Virus record (IMG/VR): IMGVR_UViG_3300033481_000001
Span: 1 to 63,863 of that record
Origin: a virus
Lineage: Duplodnaviria; Caudoviricetes
Length of the DNA: 63,863 nucleotides
Reading direction: 5' to 3' (one strand)
The notes below the pieces were generated by a model. It did not search any database, had not been told where the DNA came from, and was given only the letters and a program-made list of their open reading frames with translations. Within the stretch, counting starts at the first letter, position 1. Each line of letters opens with the position of its first letter. Positions 20,133 to 28,236 of the stretch are shown here, one piece after another. The position numbers and the translations under genes are program-made.

Positions 20133-20135
20133 TCG

Positions 20136-20164
20136 TTGACTGAATCCTTGCATCATGGCACCAT
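20136..20164 (+). promoter_or_regulatory. Sigma70-type promoter
   Basis: TTGACT-N17-CACCAT. Confidence 0.5.
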
Positions 20165-20170
20165 CTAATC

Positions 20171-20269
20171 TCACCCTGGGAGGCTTCGGCTGGCTCAGGA
20201 GACAAAACCTCTAGATGGCGAAAGCCGCTAAGTCACGGGCCTCGGAGAAATCCGGGGCTTTTGTCTTTT
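20171..20269 (+). ncRNA. Candidate small structured RNA
   Basis: Intergenic; UUCG, GAAA and GAAA tetraloop hairpins; lies between a promoter and a terminator. Confidence 0.5.
20239..20269 (+). terminator. Intrinsic terminator
   Basis: GCCTCGGA-GAAA-TCCGGGGC followed by TTTTGTCTTTT. Confidence 0.75.
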
Positions 20270-20276
20270 CTGGGTC

Positions 20277-20305
20277 TTGACAGCGCAAGAAACTGTGCCC
20301 ACGAT
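20277..20305 (+). promoter_or_regulatory. Sigma70-type promoter
   Basis: TTGACA-N17-CACGAT. Confidence 0.6.
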
Positions 20306-20373
20306 TACGGTGCAGTGCTGACAACAAAAGACGAGCCCATCCCGGGCGAAAGGCGCTGCGGAGGAGTGTCCGC

Positions 20374-20664
20374 ATGTCCCGAGCCGTTGCATTCGCGATC
20401 GTTCTTCTGAGCGCAGGTACCGCTTTCGCCCGTCCGCCGATCCTTGGCGTCTACCGCATGCCCGAGACGGTGATCGAGTGCGGGAAGAACTGCCGAGAGC
20501 GTGTTCGGCTGGCGCGAACCATGGACGACATCGCCGCCGGCAAGCTGAAAGTCTGCCGCTACGCCGAGGAGAAGGCCATCTGGGTGCGGCTCAAGCGTGG
20601 CACCGGAGACGAGTGCTGGCGGGTAGCGATTCCGCAAGGGCGGCTGACGGGATGGCGAAGGTAG
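20374..20664 (+). CDS. Exported hypothetical protein
   Basis: GGAGGAG RBS; signal peptide ending AFA. Confidence 0.6.
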   Translation: MSRAVAFAIVLLSAGTAFARPPILGVYRMPETVIECGKNCRERVRLARTMDDIAAGKLKVCRYAEEKAIWVRLKRGTGDECWRVAIPQGRLTGWRR

Positions 20665-20921
20665 CAACCTGCCAGGCCTGCGGACACGCGGCGCACGCCG
20701 GGAAATGTCCTCACCTGACACGATTCGGGCGAGGCTGGATGATCTGCCAGTGCGGAGCACGCGCACCGGTTAGCCGAGTCGACCAGCAGGCCATCGCCAA
20801 CGCGTTCGACGTGCTGCGCAGGTGCCTGCTTTCTCCGGCACGAGAACGCGAGTCTCGCGCCTACGGGGACCGCGTCCAGCTCGCCGTCTGCGGGCGTGTC
20901 TGCAATCCGACGGTGTGCTAG

Positions 20922-21582
20922 CTACCATTCTCCGCGCAAGTATTCCTTGAGACGCCAGCGCCGTCCTGTGACGTGATCTGTGACCTGCCCGTCCTGCTCG
21001 CGGATGGTTCGCCGCTTGTCTCCGCGGGCTCCGCATCCGAGTTGTGCTTTGCGGGTTGCCGCCTCTCCGCCTGCCGCTGCGGATTCCTTGGCGTCGAGCA
21101 GTCGCGCTCGCAGGAGAGCAATCGCGGTGGCTCGGTTCTGCGTCTGCGATCGCTCAGACTCGCACCTGACCATGATTCCGCTCGGTCGGTGCCAAATCTG
21201 CACGGCGCTGTTGACCTTGTTCCGGTTCTGCCCACCGGGGCCACTCCCACGGCATGCCTGCCAGTCTAGGTCGCTGTCGCGAAGTACCACCTCCGTCGGA
21301 CTAGGCTCGCGTAGGACTGCTACCGTGACGGTGCTCGTGTGAATCCTCCCACGTTTCTCGTTCGGAGGAACTCGCTGCCATCGGTGGCCGCCGGCTTCGT
21401 CGCGGAATACCTGATCGGATCCTGTGCCAGTGAACTGCGCGACGATTACCCCAGGCCGGTCGCTGACGATCGCTGCGTCAAAGACACCTCTTGGCGGCCA
21501 GGCGCAGGTAGATGCCTAGCTGCTCGCGAACCAGTCCCTTGGCGTCGTCACCACCTTCGGCCGCGTGAATTTCGATCAGCAT
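20922..21582 (-). CDS. RF1-like class I peptide chain release factor lacking domain 1, joined by +1 frameshift (34+185 = 219 aa)
   Basis: ORF1 MLIEIHAAEGGDDAK...KRCL-TGA; the +1 frame gives EAGGHRWQRVPPNEKRGRIHTSTVTVAV, GSGPGGQNRNK, ERSQTQNR, VTDH. Confidence 0.92.
21477..21492 (-). promoter_or_regulatory. prfB-type +1 programmed frameshift site
   Basis: AAG AGG TGT CTT TGA C versus E. coli prfB AGG GGG TAT CTT TGA C. Confidence 0.88.
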
Positions 21583-21588
21583 GCGGAT

Positions 21589-21617
21589 ATTCTATCCCAT
21601 CAACCGTTCTATGGCAA
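21589..21617 (-). promoter_or_regulatory. Dedicated leaderless promoter of release factor gene
   Basis: TTGCCA-N17-TAGAAT-N6-ATG. Confidence 0.8.
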
Positions 21618-21826
21618 CCGCGACCCGCACCGGGCGCACCACGTATCGCCGTCTTCGTTGTGCTTGTGGGCGCCTTCGTGATCGCATGCAAGCAACGCCT
21701 GGCGGTGCTCCTCGACGAGCTTGCGCCAACCACGATCGACGTCAGCTGGCTTGGGCGGCTCCTCGTCGTGGGTGAGAATCTTCGCGAACTTCTTGCGTAG
21801 CTTGTCCTGCCAGTAGTCAACCTCGC

Positions 21827-22168
21827 TCATGCTACCTCCGATGGAATCACGTCCCGAACCGACGCACGGCTTCGAGATGCACGTGTCCTTCTCGCCCACT
21901 CCTCGGCCTGCGCTCGGTTTTCCAAGCGGACGATCGGAGAGCCGCGCCAGCGCGCTCGCAGCTCAAGCTGTGCCGGCGTGTACGTCGCCTTGGCGTCGCT
22001 CTTGACTTCGATCAAGTCGGTGACTCCCCAAAGCCCGACGAGCAGATCGCTCATCCCGCCGCCCACCGCTGACATGTCGAGCACCGAGAAACCGAACGCT
22101 TCGAGCGTCTTGGCCACCTCACCGTGGGTGGCGTCGCGCTTTTGTCTGCGAGCGAAACTGGCGTGCAT
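21827..22168 (-). CDS. VRR-NUC-like PD-(D/E)xK nuclease / resolvase
   Basis: KRDATH, GGGMSDLLVG, LIEVKS, TPAQ. Confidence 0.8.
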   Translation of the reverse strand: MHASFARRQKRDATHGEVAKTLEAFGFSVLDMSAVGGGMSDLLVGLWGVTDLIEVKSDAKATYTPAQLELRARWRGSPIVRLENRAQAEEWARRTRASRSRASVRDVIPSEVA

Positions 22169-22311
22169 CTACACCCCCATGTAATGCGTGGCCTTCTTGT
22201 CCGGCAGGCACGCGCGCTTCCACTTTCCGCCGACGGCGCGAACCTGCTCGCACTTCGGGCAGTGCTCCCATTTCCCAGAAACGGGCACCGGCTTGGCGTG
22301 CTTGGCGGTGG

Positions 22312-22575
22312 TCATCCGTGCCTTGCCTTGATCCATGAGCCAAGCAACGACGCCAGGACTGACGCAATCGACACCATGACGGGAAGCGCCCACTTCCAGA
22401 ACCCAAGCACGGCAGTTTGTTTCACCTGCTCGATCTTGATCGTTTCCATCTCGGCCCTCATTTCTTCTATTTCCTTGCGCACCTTGCACGCGGGACCGCT
22501 CGGATCGTTTTCGCAGAATCGCATGTGCTCAGCGTCTGCTTCGCCGGAATACGAGTCTCGGTGGTTGGTGCTCAT
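22312..22575 (-). CDS. Coiled-coil plus C-terminal TM protein (possible lysis protein)
   Basis: EIEEMRAEME coil then WALPVMVSIASVLASLLGSWI. Confidence 0.55.
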   Translation of the reverse strand: MSTNHRDSYSGEADAEHMRFCENDPSGPACKVRKEIEEMRAEMETIKIEQVKQTAVLGFWKWALPVMVSIASVLASLLGSWIKARHG

Positions 22576-22620
22576 GTTGTCAGGTACTCCTCGGCCCGTC
22601 CAGGGCCGTGCTACGGTTGG

Positions 22621-23328
22621 TTACGAAATCAAAGCCAGGTCGCTCCTCAGCTTAGCCAAGTCAAGTCCGCACGGCGCTGGCCGATCTGGCATCAGCACAG
22701 CATAGGCCTCGTCGCAGTAGCGCGCACGGAATGCCGGCGTGAATGCCTGCCGAATCCCCCAGGTGTTCACCACTCCAAGCCCGGGCGACGTCGCGAACTG
22801 GTAGACGGCGTGGCCGCCAAGCATTGGAGCCTGCGGATTCGTGGCATCCCAGATGTCCTGCCCCTCGATCGTAGCCGGAAGACGGAATCCGAGAATCACC
22901 CCGCCGAAGAGCGCCACCGCGGCGTCGATGTGCTCGACCGCGACGCTGACGAACGCCTCTATGCGCACCCGGCAGATCCCATCGTTGCGCCACTGCTTGA
23001 GGACGTCGAGCAGGTAGGCGCCCTGGTCGGTGCTAGGGTCGTCTGGCCTCCATCCCGTGGCTCCGTAGGCGTCGAGAATTCCGGCGGCCGTGACGGGCGA
23101 GGGAATGCCGGCCAGCTTGCTCGCCAACGTGATGGCGTGCCCTGGGGCCGCGTACGCGCAGTCGCCGAAGTTGTCGTTGCCGAGCGGGTCACCGTCCCAC
23201 GAGTGCAAGCCGTCCTGCCAGTCGACAGCGGCGGGAACCTTGGGTAGCGCCTCGGTGACAAGGTAGCGCTCTAGGCGCAGCGTTCTTCCGTCGACCTTCG
23301 CGGGAAGTTTGCCGAGCTTGCCGATCAT
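22621..23328 (-). CDS. Papain-like (C1-type) cysteine peptidase, candidate endolysin
   Basis: VDW, GDCAYAA, GGHAVY, VNTWG give a Cys-His-Asn triad. Confidence 0.75.
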   Translation of the reverse strand: MIGKLGKLPAKVDGRTLRLERYLVTEALPKVPAAVDWQDGLHSWDGDPLGNDNFGDCAYAAPGHAITLASKLAGIPSPVTAAGILDAYGATGWRPDDPSTDQGAYLLDVLKQWRNDGICRVRIEAFVSVAVEHIDAAVALFGGVILGFRLPATIEGQDIWDATNPQAPMLGGHAVYQFATSPGLGVVNTWGIRQAFTPAFRARYCDEAYAVLMPDRPAPCGLDLAKLRSDLALIS

Positions 23329-23726
23329 CACCTGTACCCTACTTTCTTGGAGGCCAACCACGTCCTGGCCGCTTCGTCTACCGTGACGTCATCTGGCCCA
23401 GGCTGGCCGGCCAGCACGCGACGATTCGCGAGATGCCCCTGTAGCCTCACCTCGCACGCCACCGAGTCGACATGGTAGCTATTCGTCAGCCCCACGAGGC
23501 AAGATGACGTCGCTTCGCCCACGAGGCATCTCCTCACCGGCGTGATGAGCTGAGATGCCTCGGATTCTACCGCTGGAAGTTCGCAGTTGATTACGGCACC
23601 GTCGAAGACGTCGGTCGGCGATGGCCCCGGCGGGTCGGGAACCGGGACGGGCGTGGAGCATGCGTAGTCGAGCGTGACGAGCAGGCCGAGCAGCGTGCCC
23701 AGCAGGATGGACTTTCGGGTGTTCAT
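23328..23726 (-). CDS. Putative lipoprotein/exported protein
   Basis: MNTRK, hydrophobic stretch, YAC, Pro-rich linker. Confidence 0.55.
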   Translation of the reverse strand: MNTRKSILLGTLLGLLVTLDYACSTPVPVPDPPGPSPTDVFDGAVINCELPAVESEASQLITPVRRCLVGEATSSCLVGLTNSYHVDSVACEVRLQGHLANRRVLAGQPGPDDVTVDEAARTWLASKKVGYR

Positions 23727-24020
23727 TTTGGTCGCGCTCCTTTCGATCTTCATTGCTCACCTTCAGGGAAGTGCAGGCGTTGAGCCGTCTCTGCTCGCAG
23801 CCAAGCGATGGCGTTCTGCTCCGTGACCTGCCCAATCTCACGGAGCCGCTTTCCATGAGCCGCCACCCACATCTCTTGCGGGCAGAGTCCGCCACGCTCG
23901 GCGAGTCGCTCCAACGTCTGCCCGTGGTTGTCTTCCGCCTGCGCTCGGAAGCGCTCGGCAAATGCCCAGGGGACCGAACGTGGCATCTCTGCGCGGGTCC
24001 CTTGCTTGAGGACTGGGAAC

Positions 24021-24125
24021 CTACTCATACCGGCGTTTCTCCATCGCAGCGGCGAACCATGCCATCGCTGCGCCGAGCGGGACGGCCACCGCCATGACGG
24101 CTATGACGACGAAGAGGCGCTTCAC
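24021..24125 (-). CDS. 34-aa single-TM peptide
   Basis: MKRLFVVIAVMAVAVPLGAAMAWFAAAMEKRRYE; overlaps both neighbours. Confidence 0.5.
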   Translation of the reverse strand: MKRLFVVIAVMAVAVPLGAAMAWFAAAMEKRRYE

Positions 24126-24318
24126 GGCGAACCCCCGAGTTCGGCGATACGCTTCCTCAGCTCGGCGATCTCAACCTTCATCCTATCGACAACCGACACC
24201 TCGGCTCGCAGGCGTAGGATCTCGGCCACGAGCAGCTCACGCGCCCTGTCCCCGAGCCGCTTCGTGTACGGCGGGTTGCGCAGTTCGGCGATTGCCTCGT
24301 CGATCTCCCTGAGCAGGT

Positions 24319-24579
24319 TCACTTGCCCGCATCCTTCGGCTCGTCAGTCTCAGGTATGGGCAGAGCATCGATCCCAGCATCGAGCTTCGGCCGTGCACGA
24401 TTCCAACCAGCGGCCAGCGTGGTCAGCATGCCGATCGTCGCCCCGACCTTCCCCTCGGTAGAAAGCCCGAGCGTCCCCCACCACGTCAGCACGATTGCCA
24501 GCGCAGCGAAGACGACGCCAACGACGGTGACGAGCGCGTGAAGACGGGCCTTGGTTGGTCGGAATCGTGTCAGGTTCAT
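24319..24579 (-). CDS. Putative holin (2 TM)
   Basis: Two hydrophobic helices and charged tail; follows tail genes; AGGAGG RBS. Confidence 0.6.
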   Translation of the reverse strand: MNLTRFRPTKARLHALVTVVGVVFAALAIVLTWWGTLGLSTEGKVGATIGMLTTLAAGWNRARPKLDAGIDALPIPETDEPKDAGK

Positions 24580-24591
24580 TGCGTGTACCTC

Positions 24592-25617
24592 CTATATTTC
24601 CCGTGAGACATGGATCTTCGTGTAGCTACCCTGCCCGCCAGAAAGCAAATCTCCGCCCCAGCTGTTGGCGTCGACGCTGAACAGATGCACCTTACCGTCG
24701 ATGACGAGCACGCCTGGGTTCTCTCGGCAAACGGTGCCATCAACGCCAGCCACAAGCACCGGGTTGTCTGGGTCCTTGTGGATGGTTTCGATGTCATAGG
24801 TCCATGCCCAACCGACGCTGAAACGGTTTCCGCTTGCGGCCTGGTATGGGAACTCCCACCGCCCGTTTCGGTAGATCTTCTGGCCGATCGGCAGCACGCA
24901 TTTGCTGTCCCACTCTCCATCCGCTCCGATGTCGAGCGCATGCGCGCCCGTCGGTATCGTCCATGCGAGCCCATCCACCGAATCTGCCCAAACCCCATAG
25001 TATCCATCTCCGTGGACGCCGTTGATGTAGAGAGCTCGCCAGCCTGCGCCCGTGTCCTCCGGCGTCCAGATGAGCGCATCGTTGAGCCACTCACCGGCAG
25101 GGTCTACCAAGATCGGGTTTCCAGCGTACGGAACGAGCGCGCTTGGCAAATCTTCGATCGCCGTGCCGATGGGAGCGATGCTCACGAGCATTGAGCACTT
25201 GCTCGTCGCTGTCCCAGCGCCGTAGCGATATAGCCTCGTCGAGCCGTCCGGCATGCGGATGATGTTCCCCGCCGCCACCCACATATCATTGATGGTTCCC
25301 TGCGAGCCGGTGTACGCCAGCGACGTATCGCTGACAATTTCCCACGGGCCTAGCGGAAGATTTGCGCGCAAACATCGGTACAGGTCAATCTCGAATGATC
25401 CAGCCGGATATGGGCCCGGGCCCGGATCGCGCGTGATCGTGGCGTAGACGTACGCGCCGCCCCAGTCAAACAGCTTCATGTCTTCGAGCTGTGCAGCAGC
25501 AAACCTAGCCGTCTCACCGCTCGTTGTGATGTAGCCGAGATACTCGAACCTCGGATGCGTGATCTTCTTGGCGGCCCAGTAGGCTGCGTTCGGCTCGTAG
25601 CTTCCTGCACCTATCAT
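24592..25617 (-). CDS. Five-bladed beta-propeller glycoside hydrolase-like protein
   Basis: YAGNPIL and DNPVL blade motifs, SVDGLAWT Asp-box-like motif, ENPGV. Confidence 0.65.
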   Translation of the reverse strand: MIGAGSYEPNAAYWAAKKITHPRFEYLGYITTSGETARFAAAQLEDMKLFDWGGAYVYATITRDPGPGPYPAGSFEIDLYRCLRANLPLGPWEIVSDTSLAYTGSQGTINDMWVAAGNIIRMPDGSTRLYRYGAGTATSKCSMLVSIAPIGTAIEDLPSALVPYAGNPILVDPAGEWLNDALIWTPEDTGAGWRALYINGVHGDGYYGVWADSVDGLAWTIPTGAHALDIGADGEWDSKCVLPIGQKIYRNGRWEFPYQAASGNRFSVGWAWTYDIETIHKDPDNPVLVAGVDGTVCRENPGVLVIDGKVHLFSVDANSWGGDLLSGGQGSYTKIHVSREI

Positions 25618-26645
25618 AGCGTCCTCGCAGCGCCAAGCCGGTAGTTGGTCGATAGGTACGTGTCTGCGGAGATGTGCAAGATCGTCACCCGTCCGTCATC
25701 CTCTTCGAGCAGGTACGGATCTTCGACAGCACCGGCATCCCATTTGCCAGGCCTCGGAGAAAGCACTGGGTTCCCAGGCATCTCAACCCAAGTGAAGTAG
25801 TCGAGCGAACCGAACGCGCCGATATGCCAGGTGCTCCCCGTGAATCCCTGGGTGAGCATGTAGTATCCAGAGCCGCGCTGAACAATGCCGCTCGTCGGGT
25901 GGATGCCGAGCGGACGCCACGTGCTGCCAGGATGCGGAACCATGCACATTCCACGATTTGTCCATGAGAGCATGTCGGTCGACGTCTTGTGGCCGCACCT
26001 CCAATACTCTCCCGTGATACCGGTCTTTGCCCCACCGTAGAAGCAATGCCCTAGTCCGTCTGGCGTCTTGTCTGGGTAGACGGTGATCTCGTTGTGGATT
26101 GACAGATCGTCGAATTCGCCAGCAGTACCCAGCGGAATGATCGGATTTCCGGCATACGGCACCCAGTCGCCAGGACCACCCGGGAAGTTGGCGGCCGAGC
26201 AGAACGCCACGCAACCGAGATCGCTCAGACCGCTCGCCAGCGAGTGGTAGTCCATGCGCCATGACAGATTGGCAAGCTGCTGTACCCGTGGCGTGGCTAC
26301 GATCAGATCGTCCACTCCCTCCTGCTTACCCGGCGCGAAAATAGGATTGTCTCCGCACCGTTCTGGAGTCCCGAGCGGAAACTGCGCGCGCGGCCAGCGC
26401 ATCCAGCCGATCTGCAAGTTCATGGCGCTAGTGAACGCCGCATAAAACATGTAGACGTAGCCGCCATGGACAACAAGCGATCCGCCTTCTGGCCCTGTCC
26501 CCTCCCACGCGTCTACCGGCCCAACTACATAGTTGTCAGACAGACGCTCGAACCCTCTCGCGTATGGGTTGTTTACCGCGAGTTCTGCTGCCAAGTCGAC
26601 GTGCTTGGCTGCCCAGTAAGATTGATTTGGCTCGCGGCCGATCAT
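25614..26645 (-). CDS. Five-bladed beta-propeller glycoside hydrolase-like protein (GH32/43/130-like fold)
   Basis: DNPIF, GNPII, GNPVL repeats; TSTDMLSWT, SLDYFTW, VEDPYL. Confidence 0.7.
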   Translation of the reverse strand: MIGREPNQSYWAAKHVDLAAELAVNNPYARGFERLSDNYVVGPVDAWEGTGPEGGSLVVHGGYVYMFYAAFTSAMNLQIGWMRWPRAQFPLGTPERCGDNPIFAPGKQEGVDDLIVATPRVQQLANLSWRMDYHSLASGLSDLGCVAFCSAANFPGGPGDWVPYAGNPIIPLGTAGEFDDLSIHNEITVYPDKTPDGLGHCFYGGAKTGITGEYWRCGHKTSTDMLSWTNRGMCMVPHPGSTWRPLGIHPTSGIVQRGSGYYMLTQGFTGSTWHIGAFGSLDYFTWVEMPGNPVLSPRPGKWDAGAVEDPYLLEEDDGRVTILHISADTYLSTNYRLGAARTL

Positions 26646-27424
26646 GTCCTCACGAATCCAACGATCGGATCGTCCAGCGTCACGTCCACGTAGTGGGTGA
26701 GGACGCCGCGAACGCCTAGCCTGCACGCTGTCGCCGGGAAATACGTCGTTGTCGTCGTCTGGGCAATGGTAGCGCCATCGCGCTGAACTGTGAACGTTGT
26801 TCCGTCGAACACCATCAACCAGTCATGCATGACTCCGTTGGCAACAGCAACAGATGTGACGATCGGGTTGTTCAACCCGTTCTGCATGACGACCATGTTC
26901 GCGTGGTCGCCATACGAGTAGTACTCCCCGAGCATCAAATTCTCTGTTGCAGCGTCGTTTACCAAGCCGAAAAGCCCCATTCGGTAGGTGTCCGTACCGC
27001 TCGGGGTGAGATACGCTGCACGCCAAGCGATGGCCCAATGGCTAGTTTTTGGCGCTTGGATGATTGGATCGCTGACCCACAGAAACGAATCGTGGTCACC
27101 GTCGGTGAGCCGCAACCCTCCGCCTTCGATCGCGGCTGGCGCTACTCCAGTTGGATCGGCGTGTGCGAGGGCTTGCAGCGACACCCGACGAGCACCAGTC
27201 AACGCAGAGTCAAGGGCCTGCATGCGCTCGATTTGCAGACCGTCCCAGCCGATGCCGACAGATGCTAGCGCAGATAGCGCCTGCTGCTTCGTCGCGCTGC
27301 TGAGCTCGCCGTCAATCGTCGGGGTGGTGAGCGCGAGTCCAGTCGCTGATCCGTTCGACGCGTCGACCTTGCCGGCCAACACAGCATCGGATGTCCCATG
27401 GATGATTACGCCTGCGGTTCCCAT
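26642..27424 (-). CDS. Tail-associated protein with beta-sandwich (lectin-like) domain
   Basis: HDWLMVFDGTTFTVQRDG pattern; position in tail module. Confidence 0.5.
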   Translation of the reverse strand: MGTAGVIIHGTSDAVLAGKVDASNGSATGLALTTPTIDGELSSATKQQALSALASVGIGWDGLQIERMQALDSALTGARRVSLQALAHADPTGVAPAAIEGGGLRLTDGDHDSFLWVSDPIIQAPKTSHWAIAWRAAYLTPSGTDTYRMGLFGLVNDAATENLMLGEYYSYGDHANMVVMQNGLNNPIVTSVAVANGVMHDWLMVFDGTTFTVQRDGATIAQTTTTTYFPATACRLGVRGVLTHYVDVTLDDPIVGFVRT

Positions 27425-27433
27425 GGTGCCTCC

Positions 27434-27811
27434 CTATGGCGTGTCAGCTGTTCCGGATGGAACCACCGCAGTCCCGCCTGCACTGTTCGCGAATCGGCCA
27501 CGCTGGTAGCTGTTGGCAGCCTCAAAGTAGATGGTAGTCGAGTTTGCCGATCCTGCCGGTTGCGATGGCGCTGAGTAGGCCGAACTCGGGTAGGTGTCGA
27601 TATTCCCGGTGTCAACTCCGGTGGTCGGGTTGCGATCGTTGGTTCCCTCGACGGTCCACGTCCCGGTAACGTTACCGTCCCATGCGAACTGGAACGACAC
27701 TTTTGCGCCTGGGCACGTGCGAAACCACTGAGTCACGCGGGTGCCAGCCATCGTGGCAGACGCCAGCCCGGTCGCCGGGTCGTAGAATTCCATCTTTGTT
27801 TGGGTGCTCAT
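27434..27811 (-). CDS. Small beta-rich putative virion protein
   Basis: TWTVEGTND motif; tail module. Confidence 0.55.
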   Translation of the reverse strand: MSTQTKMEFYDPATGLASATMAGTRVTQWFRTCPGAKVSFQFAWDGNVTGTWTVEGTNDRNPTTGVDTGNIDTYPSSAYSAPSQPAGSANSTTIYFEAANSYQRGRFANSAGGTAVVPSGTADTP

Positions 27812-27872
27812 GACAAGACCTTTCGGTTACGGGTTGGTGAATCATACCACGATGGCAGTCGAAAACGATGGG

Positions 27873-28226
27873 CTAAGTGCCTGCGCACAGGCTGTTTACT
27901 AGGGTCACGTAGGCGCTTTTGGCCGCCAGAAAGGCGGCCGGTGCCCCCGCCACCGTAGACTGCATGGCAAGCGCTGCCTGACACGCCAAAACCCGCGCCG
28001 CTTCCGTGGTCTGGACGGCAGCCATAGCAGCATCGACCTGCGCCTGGGGAGCGTTCGGAGAATTGGTCAGCGTCTCGTAGTTGGTGACGGCGGTCGCGTG
28101 GGCAACCGTCGCCTGCCCGGCGGCATCGTTCGCTGCTTGCAGCTGGGCTGCCCCCGTGCGCTTGGTGGTCCCGGTCGCGAACATCTCGGCCCGTGCTGCG
28201 TCTACTTGTGCTTGAGTCGTTGGCAT
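27873..28226 (-). CDS. Ala-rich helical hypothetical protein
   Basis: AGGAG RBS; internal QAQVDAA repeat. Confidence 0.6.
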   Translation of the reverse strand: MPTTQAQVDAARAEMFATGTTKRTGAAQLQAANDAAGQATVAHATAVTNYETLTNSPNAPQAQVDAAMAAVQTTEAARVLACQAALAMQSTVAGAPAAFLAAKSAYVTLVNSLCAGT

Positions 28227-28236
28227 GATGGTTCTC

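Noticed and set aside
21477-21483. Release factor as a pseudogene or sequencing frameshift
   Set aside because: The break falls exactly on CTT TGA C with an SD-like element at prfB spacing, both halves are intact and a promoter is present; reads should still be checked.
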